From NCBI GenBank assembly GCA_030295235.1, contig AP026172.1:682001-746000 (forward strand): a DNA stretch of 64,000 nt, written 5' to 3'. Position numbers and translations under genes: made by a program. Origin of the DNA: Fistulifera solaris. Taxonomy: Eukaryota. The notes under the pieces are model-generated. The model did not search any database and was not told the origin of the DNA. It worked only from the letters and a program-made list of their open reading frames with translations. Of this stretch, positions 23,291-35,441 are shown piece by piece; the first letter of the stretch is position 1, and the number at the start of each line of letters is the position of its first letter.

Positions 23291-23493
23291 GGTGATATTG
23301 TTACGCAAGGTAAAACCTCTATTGCTGCGTTTAATTGGGATTGGCTTTTGGGTGGGACGGGAGAGTCTCACAGACGATCGTTGTAGCATTTCTACGCGTC
23401 TCGGCGACGAATCATCATCATCGTTCGCTTTGTTCGCTTACGTTTTCACTGTAAGCCATTAAGTACAACGTTACAACATGCGGTGAACTTCCA

Positions 23494-23503
23494 ATGACGT
23501 CAT
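23494..23503. promoter_or_regulatory. Perfect CRE-type palindrome ATGACGTCAT upstream of QCR9
   Basis: 10-bp palindrome in an intergenic region about 200 bp 5' of the ATG; TGACGT is a known diatom bZIP/CCRE core. Function inferred. Confidence 0.4.
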
Positions 23504-23630
23504 GCTATGATATCAGCCGTGGTACGGCTGCAACAAAGGACTTGGTTACTTTTTTTTTGTATTTTTGTATCGAATAAACGGGATATGAAATTTCTAATCT
23601 AGTTTACTATGAATGGTTTCAAATTATTGC

Positions 23631-25193
23631 TCAGTTAAACCATTCCAGCAAGATAGCATCACGCAACGCAACATAGCCAAGCAATTGAAGAGGTTCCAGC
23701 CAAGCTCTACCGATTCCCAAGTACAAGGACCTCTCAAACCATCCGCGGAACAAGTTTGCATAGCCATCGTTGCTTTCACGAACAATCGTTTGAAAGGTTT
23801 TTATCAGGCCTTCGCCGGATCCACCATCAATGCCGTTGCTTGGGTCGTTGTCACTGTCTAGCAGTATCCGAGTGCGCGCTACGTCAAACGGCGTCGTCAA
23901 TATACCGCAGATAATGGCCGTACTTACGGCAACCAGCTCGTAATGACCAAGATCCAAAGTTCCCTGTATAAAAAGTCCGTTCAAAACAATACGAGAAAGT
24001 AAGTATGGAATCTCAGTGACGACAAGTGCCGGTAATCGCTCCATGGATTCCAAGAACCAATTGCCGACCTTCTCGCGGACCCTTTCTTCTCGTTCTTCCT
24101 GCTCTATCTGCTCATCTTCTACATGCTTTCCATGGAGATGCTGTTTCGCTTCTTCCCCTGTTGCGACCTGTAAACGCGCGGACAGTGCATCCACGGGTGA
24201 TCGAAAGGCGATGGACACTACCGAGCCCAAGAAGGCTGCTGCTACCGCAACATATAATTCAGGTATAGGCAAGGGAGCAAATGTTCGTTTGGCAATGTCA
24301 CGAATTCCATAATACAGTCCGGTGGCTGGCGCCGTCACCATCAACGTCGGAATTAAACCCGCGTAAAGATTGCCTTCCTTGAAATGTCGCACTACATTCA
24401 ATTCCAGAACCCGAAGTCGCCGTTTGATGCGAAGCCGTTTGTTTACTTTTCGTTGCCGTATGTTGATATCTGTTTGCACTCGCGTCTTAAGCGTCAATAG
24501 TGGATACAAAAGAGATGTTCGTGCCATTTCTACCACCGTTCCAGCAATCACTGCGGCAATCAGTACTTCCTGGTCCGTGGTATTTTTGATAATTTTCGTC
24601 CGTGGAACCCAGCGTTCGGGAATCCACGCCGGTAGTTGAATCACTTTCTTTTTCTGCAATGTGATTGGATCGAGACTGATTGAAGAACTTCCCTGATGGA
24701 TGGCAATATTGATGCGAGATTCTTTGACAACTTGCGTGAAATTCACCGGGGCAATTCGTTCTCCTTTCGCAATGGGCGGTGCATCATGATAATAGTGATA
24801 GGTTGTAATTCCCATAGCAGCACTCGTAGCCATGATAGCGGTAGTAGCCTTCCACCATTCTCTGCGAGAGAAAGGCCTCGTTGATCGATGTGTCGTTTCG
24901 CGGGTTGTTATCTGCTTGTGAATAGACTCGTCTTCCATTAAAAGTCGTTCCACTGGAATCGTATCATCGTCAACTAGTACTAAAGCTTCCACTGGAATCG
25001 TATCATCGTCAACTAGTACTAAAGCTGTTGCTGCTTCTTGTGTCAATTCTACCGGTTCCGAATCAGTAGACAAAGCATCTCCTTCTCCATCCGAAGATTG
25101 TGCAGCAATAATCCACTGACAGTTCCTTTGGGGAAGAACGACAAAGGCCTGGCTGCTGCTAATAATGACGATCAGCAGAACAAACCATCTCAT
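23631..25193 (-). CDS. Mitochondrial carrier family (SLC25) protein with plastid-type presequence, SAM-carrier-like
   Basis: Three carrier signature motifs YPLLTLKTRVQ, SPVDALSARLQ and TPFDVARTRIL; N-terminus MRWFVLLIVIISSSQA-FVV. Confidence 0.82.
   Translation of the reverse strand: MRWFVLLIVIISSSQAFVVLPQRNCQWIIAAQSSDGEGDALSTDSEPVELTQEAATALVLVDDDTIPVEALVLVDDDTIPVERLLMEDESIHKQITTRETTHRSTRPFSRREWWKATTAIMATSAAMGITTYHYYHDAPPIAKGERIAPVNFTQVVKESRINIAIHQGSSSISLDPITLQKKKVIQLPAWIPERWVPRTKIIKNTTDQEVLIAAVIAGTVVEMARTSLLYPLLTLKTRVQTDINIRQRKVNKRLRIKRRLRVLELNVVRHFKEGNLYAGLIPTLMVTAPATGLYYGIRDIAKRTFAPLPIPELYVAVAAAFLGSVVSIAFRSPVDALSARLQVATGEEAKQHLHGKHVEDEQIEQEEREERVREKVGNWFLESMERLPALVVTEIPYLLSRIVLNGLFIQGTLDLGHYELVAVSTAIICGILTTPFDVARTRILLDSDNDPSNGIDGGSGEGLIKTFQTIVRESNDGYANLFRGWFERSLYLGIGRAWLEPLQLLGYVALRDAILLEWFN
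24948..25026. repeat. Perfect 39-bp tandem duplication inside the carrier gene (ALVLVDDDTIPVE x2)
   Basis: ttccactggaatcgtatcatcgtcaactagtactaaagc at 24948-24986 and 24987-25025. Confidence 0.95.
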
Positions 25194-25751
25194 CTCGTTG
25201 TTGCCTTTCACAGCTTTTCTAGCGGCGCTTTTTTGTCCTTCCCTAGATGCACATGCCTCACATTCGAAAGTGTTCTACTTAATAACAATAAAATAATAAT
25301 ATAACATCTCACTCGCAATGATGATGAGGCGGCAAAGTGAGGCGGGTCAATTTTTTTTGTTGTGCTTATTAGGTTTCGATGAAATGGTTGTGACGTCATA
25401 GTGGGTATTGGTACTCATCCATCAGTACGGTACACGGTACTGTACGGATGGAATACCGAAACATCTTGCGGACATCGGAACAAAATAACTACTTAGTACT
25501 TGTACTCCAAACGTGTTTTCGATGGACCTTCTTGTTTCGATGAGAAGATTTTTCCATGCTGCGGTGTCAAATCAACCGAAACAGTTCTTTCGAAGCAGTG
25601 ACATTTCTTTGGCAAAAGACATCCAAAAGAAAGACAACAACGAGGGCAAGGTAACTGGAAATAACAACAAGAAACGAAAAAGAAATCATCTCTTTTTTTT
25701 GGTAGTTTGACAACTCTTCGCACAGACGCCAAGCCATTCTTTCTTTTCATA

Positions 25752-26123
25752 ATGAAGTTGGTTATTCGACTTCTTTTCGTGTTTGCTCCTGTGAACTCTT
25801 TCTTCATCCCAATTCCAAAAACAATAAAACTAACGCAACACCGAGCTTTCGGTTCACACTATGATTTCAATTATGTATTGGCCAAGGCTCGCGTTTGTGC
25901 TTACAGCGATCATGCGACCCCCGCCGAAGCCTTCCAGTTTCTCCAAGAAATCCTCGCAATGGAAGATGCCTGTCGAAGTGGCTCATTGAGCGGAGAGCCC
26001 CGCTGTGAGGATATAGCGGAAATTGCCGATACCGTGGCTCATCTTCGAGGGATCATTTTGCGAAATGATGGGGAAGAGCGGTGCGTCATGACGGAAATAG
26101 AGGTATCATTCTTGGGGGGATAA
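25752..26123 (+). CDS. Small signal-peptide-bearing hypothetical protein (Cys-containing helical domain); 3' end uncertain
   Basis: MKLVIRLLFVFAPVNS-FF presequence; KARVCAYSD...EDACRSGSLSGEPRCEDIAEIADTVAHLR. Confidence 0.55.
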   Translation: MKLVIRLLFVFAPVNSFFIPIPKTIKLTQHRAFGSHYDFNYVLAKARVCAYSDHATPAEAFQFLQEILAMEDACRSGSLSGEPRCEDIAEIADTVAHLRGIILRNDGEERCVMTEIEVSFLGG

Positions 26124-26449
26124 CTTTTGTACTCACAATTGTCTTTTCATGTTTAGAGGTTTTTCCATGTTGGACGGCGCTGCGCCTTGTACTCCTCTTC
26201 TATAGCAAAAACCCGCATCCACTCCGTCGTCGTCATCACTTTTGCCTTGCAAACGAATGCCTATAGGATGGAGCAACAGAATCTTACGCGTTCACCACTC
26301 GCTGTCGACATCCCGGCTTGTTCAAGCTCCTATTTATGATCGCTTATTATTTTATCATATTCTTCATAGAATCTCTAAAACTACTCTATTTATTACTTGT
26401 CACTAGTTTTGAAGTACAGTCCTCGTTCACATCTCACATAGTCCAGCTC

Positions 26450-29400
26450 TTAGTCTTCCTCCCAGAAATACTTGGTTTTGGTAGGTCGACGGGTTTCGGG
26501 TTCGGCTTGCTGTGCATCCATCATCGGCTGGTCGTACACGCGCTCCCCAAACAAGCGTCGAATATTCATAGCGGTCAATTCACTGAATGAATTCGACGTC
26601 GTGTCTGCCGAAAGCAATTCATACCGCGGGTAGGGACCAATGACGCCCACACTGCGCATTTCAACTTCGTGAGCCGCTGCCGACGCATACGGAGTCGTAT
26701 CAAACACGACACAGTGGTCGGGTCGGCGTTCATTCCGTAAAGCGGCGCCGAGCATCTGTTGACTTTCACGGCTGTATCCACTGCTCATAGAAACACGCTT
26801 GTCGGGCTCGAAAAGATCCGAGAGCCCCGCATACTCTAGCAAAATGTCAACCTGATCTTTGTCCAGAAAAGATATCAATGAACATGGCATTTCGACATTG
26901 CGAAGTGAACTCACCCAGTTCCTTACACCATCCATCACTGTGACTGGCGGCGGCTTGTTAACTTCGCTAGACGATCCGGCAGACTCATTTTCATTGGCTG
27001 AATGAGCCCAACTTTGACGTCGAGTTGCTAATTCATCCTTGTATATTTTTGTTATTTCGTCAACACCATCAGCGTCTTCAGTCCATTGGAATCCCGTCTT
27101 AATGGCTTCTTCTGGGCCAACCGTTAAAGCAAAGATGACTTGCTCAGGATCTGGTGCTGTGTACCCCATTCGAAATGCTGTTGCGACCCATGCATCATAA
27201 GCTACTTTATAAATTAGGTCTTGATCAACGCCGCTTTCCTTCCTTTGAGTCGCCTGCAAAGCAGAGCTTTGAGGAGTAGATGAATTATCGTGCTCGCTCT
27301 CTGACCTCCACGTTTTTCGTGTTTCTAGCTCTTTTCGATAGAGGTCAACAAGTTCTGCTGCCCGTCTGGGATCTGATGTCCACTGGAATCCTGTAGTTAT
27401 GGCCTCTTCTGGTCCAACCGTCAGAGCAAACTGGATTTGTGCAGTATCCGGAACTCCATGACCGAGATAAAACGACACCGCGGTCCAGGCTTCCTTAGAG
27501 ATTCGAAAAATCTCGTCTTGAGAGGGAAAATTACTCATGCTTTCAATTTCACGAGAAGGGGCTTTCATCTTCTCTCTTTCGAAGTCTTTAGAAGGCTGCC
27601 CAAGAAGGCTTTGTAGTGTTTCGTTGAACATAGCAACTGCTTGGTTGATGACATTTCTGTCCTCGGACCATGCAAAACCGTCTCGAACGGCGATCAATGG
27701 GTCGTTGATCACAAAGGCGGCGGCAACTTCATCGGGAGTAGGCTCATCAAAATTGAATGCAGCTGCGACTTTTAACCAAGCGTGAAAGTGATTTTCCATT
27801 ACCTCCGTCTTACTCAAAGGGCGATTATGCTGAGGTTGTTGTGTAACCGCCTGTTCGTGTTGAGTGAACTCGCTGGCAGAATTGCCAGACAAAAGACTTT
27901 AAACTTAGATGCAATCGCATCTATCTCGGTTGGACTCCGAGTCCAGCGGAAAACTTCAGCAACAGCTATATCAGGGCTAAGAAGAGTAGATCTCAGAACC
28001 TCATCGTAAGTTGGTATTTGCTTGCCAAACTCTTGCGCTGTTTTCTCCCATGCATTTGTGATGCGCTGAATTGCCTCTGCTTCCCCTCCAGTTAATAGCA
28101 CTGTCTGCCTTTGTTCTGAACGCGGCTGCTTTTGTACTAGTTCCTCGCCAATAGCAAGACTCCCATGCGTACCTTGAGCTTCGAACTCTGTTACATGTAG
28201 CGTCACCCCAGATTGCTTAGACCATTCGTTAAATACCTCAGAAAATATGTTGTGGTGCGCGATGGCTACTCTTCTGCACTGCATGAAATCATCAGTCCAA
28301 AACAAGCAGTCCTTTACTGCTAAATCTGGCCGGGTTACGGAAGCCCTTCGGACATCCTCAATGGTGGGGACTCGATAGCCGAAATCGGCGGCAACGCGCG
28401 TCCAAGATTCAAGTTGCAATCCAGTAAGGTCGACCAAAACGCCCTCCAAGCGAAAAATTGCACCAAAAATCCTTAAATGGTTTATTGACGCGCGGTATGT
28501 ATTGTGAGAACCCCGTTGAATACGTAGAGTCTCTGTGGTCGATCAAGGCATTAAGCTGTGCCACATCCAGTTCCGTGTATTCCATTAAGTCCGCTTTCCG
28601 ACTTGCAAAGCTAACCGACCCCCAATCATCTTGCCTCCCTCTTTGGTAGTCATTATCAAATTTGTAGTCAGCGTAATCGTCAGTCTCGAGTATGCTTCTT
28701 CCGAGAACATCGCTGATGTCGATTCCCATTTGACGCCCCTTGCCGGCCCGTCGACGTTCATATTCAGCAAGTTGCCTCAGGTTTTTGTCGTAGTCTGTGT
28801 CGTCAAACACCTGATCGATGGTGCTTCCCGGAAAATTCTTCGGCTTTCCATCGCGTGCCCTAGCCTCGTCCTGCTCCCGACGTAACCACTCTGGCATCTC
28901 TGGAGGGTAATCAGATTCTGGACTTTGCAGATTGCTTGGCAAATCTTCTTCAATTTCGTCCTCGTCCTCGTCGTCGTCTTGCTCGAATGCCAATGCACCA
29001 CCCTGATCGCTGAACTCTCCTTCATCAATGATCCTAATGCGTTTTGGCTTCGGCCGTGGACCCAGCGATGCAATTACTTGATTCGCGTACTCTATATCGT
29101 CAAAGGTGGTTACATCGGGATTCGGATCAAGAGAATCATCCGATTGCATTGCCTCTCTCATTTCTTTCTCTTTGTTCACGATTTCTTCATAATAAGCTTT
29201 TTGTTTTGCGTATTCGTCGGGATTGTCTCTATATCTTCCTCCTCCGACAGCAGAAACGGAGCGAAACATAGAGTCAATAACTTCCTTTTGATTTACCGAG
29301 GATTCCTGATCTTGAGGAATGGTATTGGAGTCAATTTCATTCTGTGCGTCGGAATTCTTCCTCCTTCTTTCTGGTCTCTTGCCGATTGTAGCGAGAATTT

Positions 29401-31440
29401 TGTCCGCATCGAAGTCGCCGTCACTTTTCATCACATCTTCCAACTTGTACTTGATGTTCGCTGTCAACACATCCTCTGATTCTCCACTAAGCCCGGACAT
29501 ATCACGCTTTTCTTTTCAGTCGCCTTGAAATCTTCCCACTGTTCTCTAATAAGCCTGCGCTCCTCCGCTGTGCGCGCACCAGCACGACGGAACATTGCTT
29601 CAAGTTTCTGATCTTCCATGGAACCTAGTATGCCAGAAGAAGGCGCATACGATTGTTCACCTTCACCGGCATCCATAAAAAACGGCGTCGAAGGCGGTCG
29701 GACTTTTGAGTACTTTCTTTCAAGCTTTCCCTATCAGCCGCATCCGCAAAGAAAGGTGTAGCGGGAGGTTGTACTTTTCGATTTATCTCCTCCACGTTTT
29801 GGTTGAATGTTTCGCCAACATTCGACTCGGACATGAAAACCGATTCTCGGAAAGGCCTTTCAAACGGAATTGGCTCATAAGAATTGTCATCATTCTGGGA
29901 TGAAAAGACATCGCGGAGGTCAACAGGACTCTGGTCGATAATCGAAGCAGCCAAAAAGTCTCATCCACGTCAAGATAATCGTTGGACTCCAAAGTGGATT
30001 TCAAATAATTGATTTCTGCTTGTAACTTGTCTCGTCTCTGCGCATCGCTGGTCGTCAGCAAACTCTCTAACGCTTCAATTGACATTCGATTAATCTCTTT
30101 ACGTGTATTGATTCGTTGTTGCAAATCTTCCACGGCAGATAAGGGCACTTGCCGTGAATCACTTTGCGCGAGACTAGATTCCTGCCACTCAAACGGTAAT
30201 TTCGGTCCTCTCGCTAAACCGGACTGCCTCCGAAAGTTGTCTTCTTTGAGAACGTACTCCTTCCACGACGCCAAGCGTTCATTGATCTGCCCTTCAAACT
30301 GTCGTTCCGAATCCAGATAATCACTCCCAGTGCTTGACCCTCCTGTCAATCGTGTAGCAATCGCTCGGTACATTTGCCATTCTTTCAGGGTCTCGGGTCT
30401 TATTGACCCTTTTGAGCGCTCTTCCTTTTCTATTTTCTTGCGCAGGTCTTCAATATTCGCATCGAGAATATCGAGAATAGTTTCCCCTCCTTCTTCGTAT
30501 TGTTTCCCCGATGCGATGAGTTCCAAGCGACTCAAGACCCACTGATCTAAATCTTGTCCCTCGGACGGTTTTGCCAGAGGATCTACATTTTCTTTGGCTG
30601 CTTTCCGAAAAGCATTTTCTTCGTATCGCAAAAACTCCTCTTTTTGACTTTGCAACGCCTGCCGTTGTCGGTACTCTTCCTCACTCTGTTCCATGAGTTG
30701 TTTTACTTTTTTCACTGGGAGGTTCCATCGCTAAATTTTTTTCATTCACCATAGCTTTGAGTTCGGCTTCCAACTGCATCATGTTTTCTACCTGTAACGT
30801 TTGCTTTGTTTGTTGGATTTCTCGTTCCATTTCCTGATTCATGACCGATCGTATCATGGCTTCGGCATTCTCGGGCACCGAATCCGGATCGTCTCGTCTT
30901 TGTTCTTCCAACAATTCCAATGTATCTCGCAACATTTCCTCATAACGATCCACAATATTTTGTCGTTCTTGTTGAAACCAAGTCTCATCGTTTCCTTTGC
31001 CTTTTGTTGTTTTTTTCTCCTTCTCCTTCTTCTTCAGCACTTGGCTCTCCTAATATATCCGACAAACTCGGCATACCCGCAAACAGACTTTCGAATTTAC
31101 TTTTCACGCGGGCGGGCAGTTCCACCGTACTCCCATCGTCTACATTGATGGATTGTACCATGGGTGACGAATTCGAAGAAGAAATCCATTCGCGCAAACG
31201 ATCCCTTTTCCGTTTGCGATCTTCGTCGTCACGACGACGACTCGTCCGAAGAATATCGAGTAAATTTTGCGGTTCATCTTCATTGCTGGCGTAGTGCCGT
31301 GTCGAGCGGGAAGAGATGATGTGAGAACGCAATGAAGGGACGCAGAATCCCTGCACCGAATAATAATAAGACGATAGGAAAGCGACTGCGAGTATGTACG
31401 CGACGACGACGCGCGGGTTGTTGGCTGGGCAATAAAACAT
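26450..31440 (-). CDS. Giant (~1,660 aa) plastid-targeted protein: acidic helical N-terminus plus HAD-family (PyrP2/At4g11570-like) domain with five cap repeats; about 7 frameshifts
   Basis: Eight overlapping collinear minus-strand ORFs (30985..31590, 30681..31040, 29783..30715, 29625..29954, 29464..29676, 28409..29500, 27814..28449, 26450..27892). Presequence ...AVAFLSSYYYSVQG-FCV; motif I region FGAIFRLEGVLVD; C-terminal RPDHCVVFDTTPYASAAAHEVEMRSVGV..YPRYEL. Confidence 0.78.
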
Positions 31441-31802
31441 GGTGTTTCGACCGGTTCTCTGTCTTGACGCGATGCGTGATATACTTAACGCGAAAGGATC
31501 AAAGTTTACTAAAGCATTGAAATAATGTATACTTGTAATGTTCTCTTTCGTTTCGAATTGCTGCGCTCTTTTTCGCGGTGATGATGACACAACGCTGTCT
31601 TCGCGAAGCGTTCGAATAATCGTATGTAGAAATTAGTATGTGAGAATGGGAATTAAATCGTTACCCGAATACTGACAAGCTCTAACCTTAACGTAGTACG
31701 GTATAAAAATTAGAGTAATATGCTACGACGGCAGGAACATTTCACACAACATACAAATAAACAGAACAAGAGGCACGGCGTATCCAATAGTAAGAATACA
31801 AC

Positions 31803-32384
31803 ATGGATACTATGCCCAGAGTCTACGCCCCCATTTCATCTCGGAATGATCGAATCATTTCATTACTATCTGCCGTTTTGATGCGAAAAATAAGCGCGAC
31901 GCGACAAATCTCTTCTTGGGAGATTGGTACTACCACTGTTGCAATTGTTTTGATTTCCAACAGCTTTACGTTTCGGCAGTACCTGGCTCAAATCACACGC
32001 CATACATGTCTCTATTTGTTTGTGATCGATGTCACAACGACGGAAATGATAATCCGAGAACAACTGGAATCCCTTCAGAAATTGCTCGATCCGAGTATTC
32101 CCCTCTTTGTCGTAGCGGACGGTGATGTCCCGTACTTCTCCAGTTTCTTGCTCCATTCGCGTGTTGCGACACATACCATTCATTTGTTCCCGTCTCGAAT
32201 TCCTGTATCTGCAGAGTCTCAATTGGTTCTGTTGACGGACGAGCATAATATCAAAGCCTTGTTTCCCGAGACGATTTGTGCGGTTGTTCCCCCCAAAGCC
32301 AAAACGAATGATGTGTGGAAGTGTCGCTTGATACTTAAATATATTCAGGCAATTTTGCATGTGCAGCAAGGCTCTCGACTGTGA
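31803..32384 (+). CDS. Hypothetical protein, 193 aa
   Basis: ATG-initiated stand-alone ORF between two genes; no recognisable motif (only a weak alpha/beta pattern). Confidence 0.4.
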   Translation: MDTMPRVYAPISSRNDRIISLLSAVLMRKISATRQISSWEIGTTTVAIVLISNSFTFRQYLAQITRHTCLYLFVIDVTTTEMIIREQLESLQKLLDPSIPLFVVADGDVPYFSSFLLHSRVATHTIHLFPSRIPVSAESQLVLLTDEHNIKALFPETICAVVPPKAKTNDVWKCRLILKYIQAILHVQQGSRL

Positions 32385-32792
32385 TAGAAGTTATCGACAT
32401 TGATCTACAGAGATTGAAACGACTACTCAATATCCCTTGACCAAATGGAATCAAAGCCTCCATTCCTGCATCACATAGAGTAAAGATTCAGAACGCCGAT
32501 TCACGTTTCCGTGACAGTCGAAAGTAATTGGGGTGTTTGTCCAAGACTATACTTTGAAATTTCAGCCGGAAAAATCATCGAAGGTTTCGACATAGCTTTG
32601 CAAAAAATAATAACAAATGACCTTCAACCCTAATTGTCCTGCGATAGAACCTGAACCCTAAAACGAGTTGCTTTTTATTGTATTCGACGCATAAGAGCTG
32701 CACCGCCGCTTTTCCCTTTCTTCCATAATACTGTCTCGAAATAATTGCCTCTTCACTATTTCAGTTTAACTAGTTTTAACTTAAATAAAGTC

Positions 32793-34441
32793 ATGGCGAT
32801 CACTACAACTGCACAACATTCGAATGCGGCACCGCCACAAGCTTGTCACACCTGTCGCACCCTGTGTCAGCAGCGATGTCAGCGTTGTCGTAGCATTTAT
32901 TATTGTTCTATCGAATGTCAGAAGAAAGACTGGAAGAAGCATCGTAGAGTATGCAAGCAAGAGCAAGCGTCGGAGGCGTGGAAGGAACTTTGTCAAATTG
33001 TAGCGTCCTCGACGGCCGCCGAAGCCAATCAAGGGCTTCATCAAGCTCGAGATGAAATCATCCAGCAACAACAACAAATCGAAGAAGATAAAGCAAGACA
33101 GGAAAGAGAAAAGTCACATAGACAAGAACGAGCGCACTCTCTAACTTCTGCTTCTCCCGACGTAACCAAGTTCGCTGAAAGCAGCTTACCAAGATATCAA
33201 GGGACACTTTCGTATTCGATTGAAAAGATGCCTAATTTATCCATGTATCAAGTCATCGTTTACTTTCCGAATGCACATCGGTTAACTTTCGACTCTTGTC
33301 GAATCGATATCATTGGAGGGAGTATTCTTACTGTACAGCTCTTTCCGTCGGATCCGCTTGTGCAGATCTCGTTCCCTCATCGGGAGCTGTCCATGGTAGG
33401 ACAGGCTCGCCCAGTTGATCTGGTGGAAAGCAATCACCGCGCATTGTATATTCGACTCGTCGATACGGATCAGAGTACGGATTCTTCAGTAATGGACCGA
33501 CTTTTCGTACCAGCCCACGATGCATCCAAAATATCCTGCCGTTCGTGTCGACAAGGATTTTTCGCGAGAACACGATTCATAATGTCCTGTGGATGCCATC
33601 GAGTCGATGGGAAGACATGGCCGATTACTTGACCTGTTTGGATCCGACCAACACCGCGGTGGAGGCATTGTCGTCACCCATGGGGATCGGAAAACGACAT
33701 CACATCTTACAAGATACCACAACGTTGGTAGTGCATGTGGAGGATGTGCTGGATACGTCTGTATGCGTCTTGGCCGTTCCCGGATACGGTCAAGAAGAGA
33801 CCTTGGAAGAGAGCACGACAACGAATACTTGGATGCAAACGCGTATGGGCGCCACATTGACTTGTAGTCAATGTGCGGATGTTATAGGAGAAGCCTCCAA
33901 TTTGGATACATTTCGTTTTTTTCATCACAAATTGTGTTTCAATGAACATCCCTTATCGACGGTGAGTACCTTCGTCGCCACCGAATTGGTCCGCCACGCT
34001 GAAACACAAGCGGTTTACACTTTTGGCATTGTGCACCCAACGCATCGCATGTTGCTGTTGCAACTGGTCAGTTGGGAATCGGAAGTTGCGTACAGTCACC
34101 AGAGTCTCGTCGATTCCCAAGATTTACATGATTTGCAATGGCACAAGGTGACCAAGATACTGTTTTATGAGACGACTATGACAACGGATGACGCGAGCAG
34201 TCCGCATCTTTTGTGGCAAACAGATTGGTGCTGTGATCCTGTGACCAACAGTTTACGAAACACCACGAATAAAAAGATCATCAAATTATACTTGAATGCG
34301 GCTGAATGGACGAAATTAAAAGACGAATTGACCGAGTTATCGCAGAAACAAGTACGCGAAATTGCCGAGGCTACCATTATTGCCAAAGCAGGAAACGCAA
34401 CATCGAAGGAAGTGCGTCTGGCTACCGTATTACGCAACTGA
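32793..34441 (+). CDS. MYND zinc finger + UBE3D/Ipa1-like (HECT_2) protein; frameshift at ~33560
   Basis: CHTC..CQRCRSIYYCSIECQKKDWKKHRRVC (MYND); ISCRSC, MPSSRWEDMADYLTC and LTCSQCADVIG follow the UBE3D/Ipa1 pattern. Confidence 0.7.
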
Positions 34442-34480
34442 AAACTAGAAATCATTCCTTATAATTTTCTCTCTTGTTTT

Positions 34481-35037
34481 TCACTTTTGTTCTTGCAGTA
34501 ATTCTTTCAACTCACCCGACTCGTGCATACCCAAGACAATATCACATCCTCCAATAAACTCCCCATTGACTGGAGAAAACAAAATTGAGTTCATCATCGT
34601 TCTGAGGATGCCAAAATAACAACTGCCAAAGCACGTACCGTACAATTGAGGTATCGTCGGCCAATCACTATAAATCTTAATGCCCTCTCGAATGGATGGA
34701 TAATCCAAGACATTGACCGAGGAAAAGTCCACTCCTTCCGCTTTGAGTGCGGCGACGACTTGCGCACTGAAACCACACATGGGAGTGGACGGTGTGCCTT
34801 TCATATACAACATGACCGGATTTTCTTTTACGTGTTGTGCAATCATTTGTTGCACATCATCATCCGCTTTGATTTGTTTGCGTTGGGGGCAAAATCATTG
34901 TGCGAGTCTTGCAAGATATGAGGAGTCGCATGATACGATCGCGCTACCGGAATTGCCATGACTCGCACAGTACTCGAACGGAACAGTCTTTGTTCGACAC
35001 GGTAAACGAGACTTCGAGGAATCGATTTTGTGAACAT
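34481..35037 (-). CDS. GRX5: Mitochondrial monothiol glutaredoxin (CGFS); intron 34570-34638, one frameshift at ~34880
   Basis: LYMKGTPSTPMCGFS, IKIYSDWPTIPQLY/VNGEFIGGCD; Arg/Ser-rich presequence. Confidence 0.93.
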
Positions 35038-35441
35038 TGTTGATGATTCTAATTCGTAATTACGGATAATGTCAAAAGGGTAAATAACAACAATAACAAG
35101 GAACTGCAACAAAAAGCGCGGATTCATTATACGTAGTACTAGGTATTGCTGTGATGGTGATGGATCGTCGGAGAGCAGGACCGGCGAACGGACGCACTTC
35201 AGCAAAATCGTAGCGGTAATCAGTCTGTAGCACGACATACTTCCGAAGAACGGACAGAGACAGAAATAATAATGTCGACTTCATACTTCATAGTTGTGCA
35301 CTCCGCCGTTGCGACGTATGACCTACCCACGTTACTATACGAGGATACCCGAATTCCAGGAACGTGACCACGTGGGCTTCCCAAACATCAAACCCAAAGC
35401 GCCAAAGTTCAAGAAAACACGGCAGATTGAACAAATAATGC

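Noticed and set aside
32625..32662. Two AACCCTAA telomere-like motifs
   Set aside because: Only two isolated copies; not an interstitial telomere, at most telo-box-like promoter motifs.
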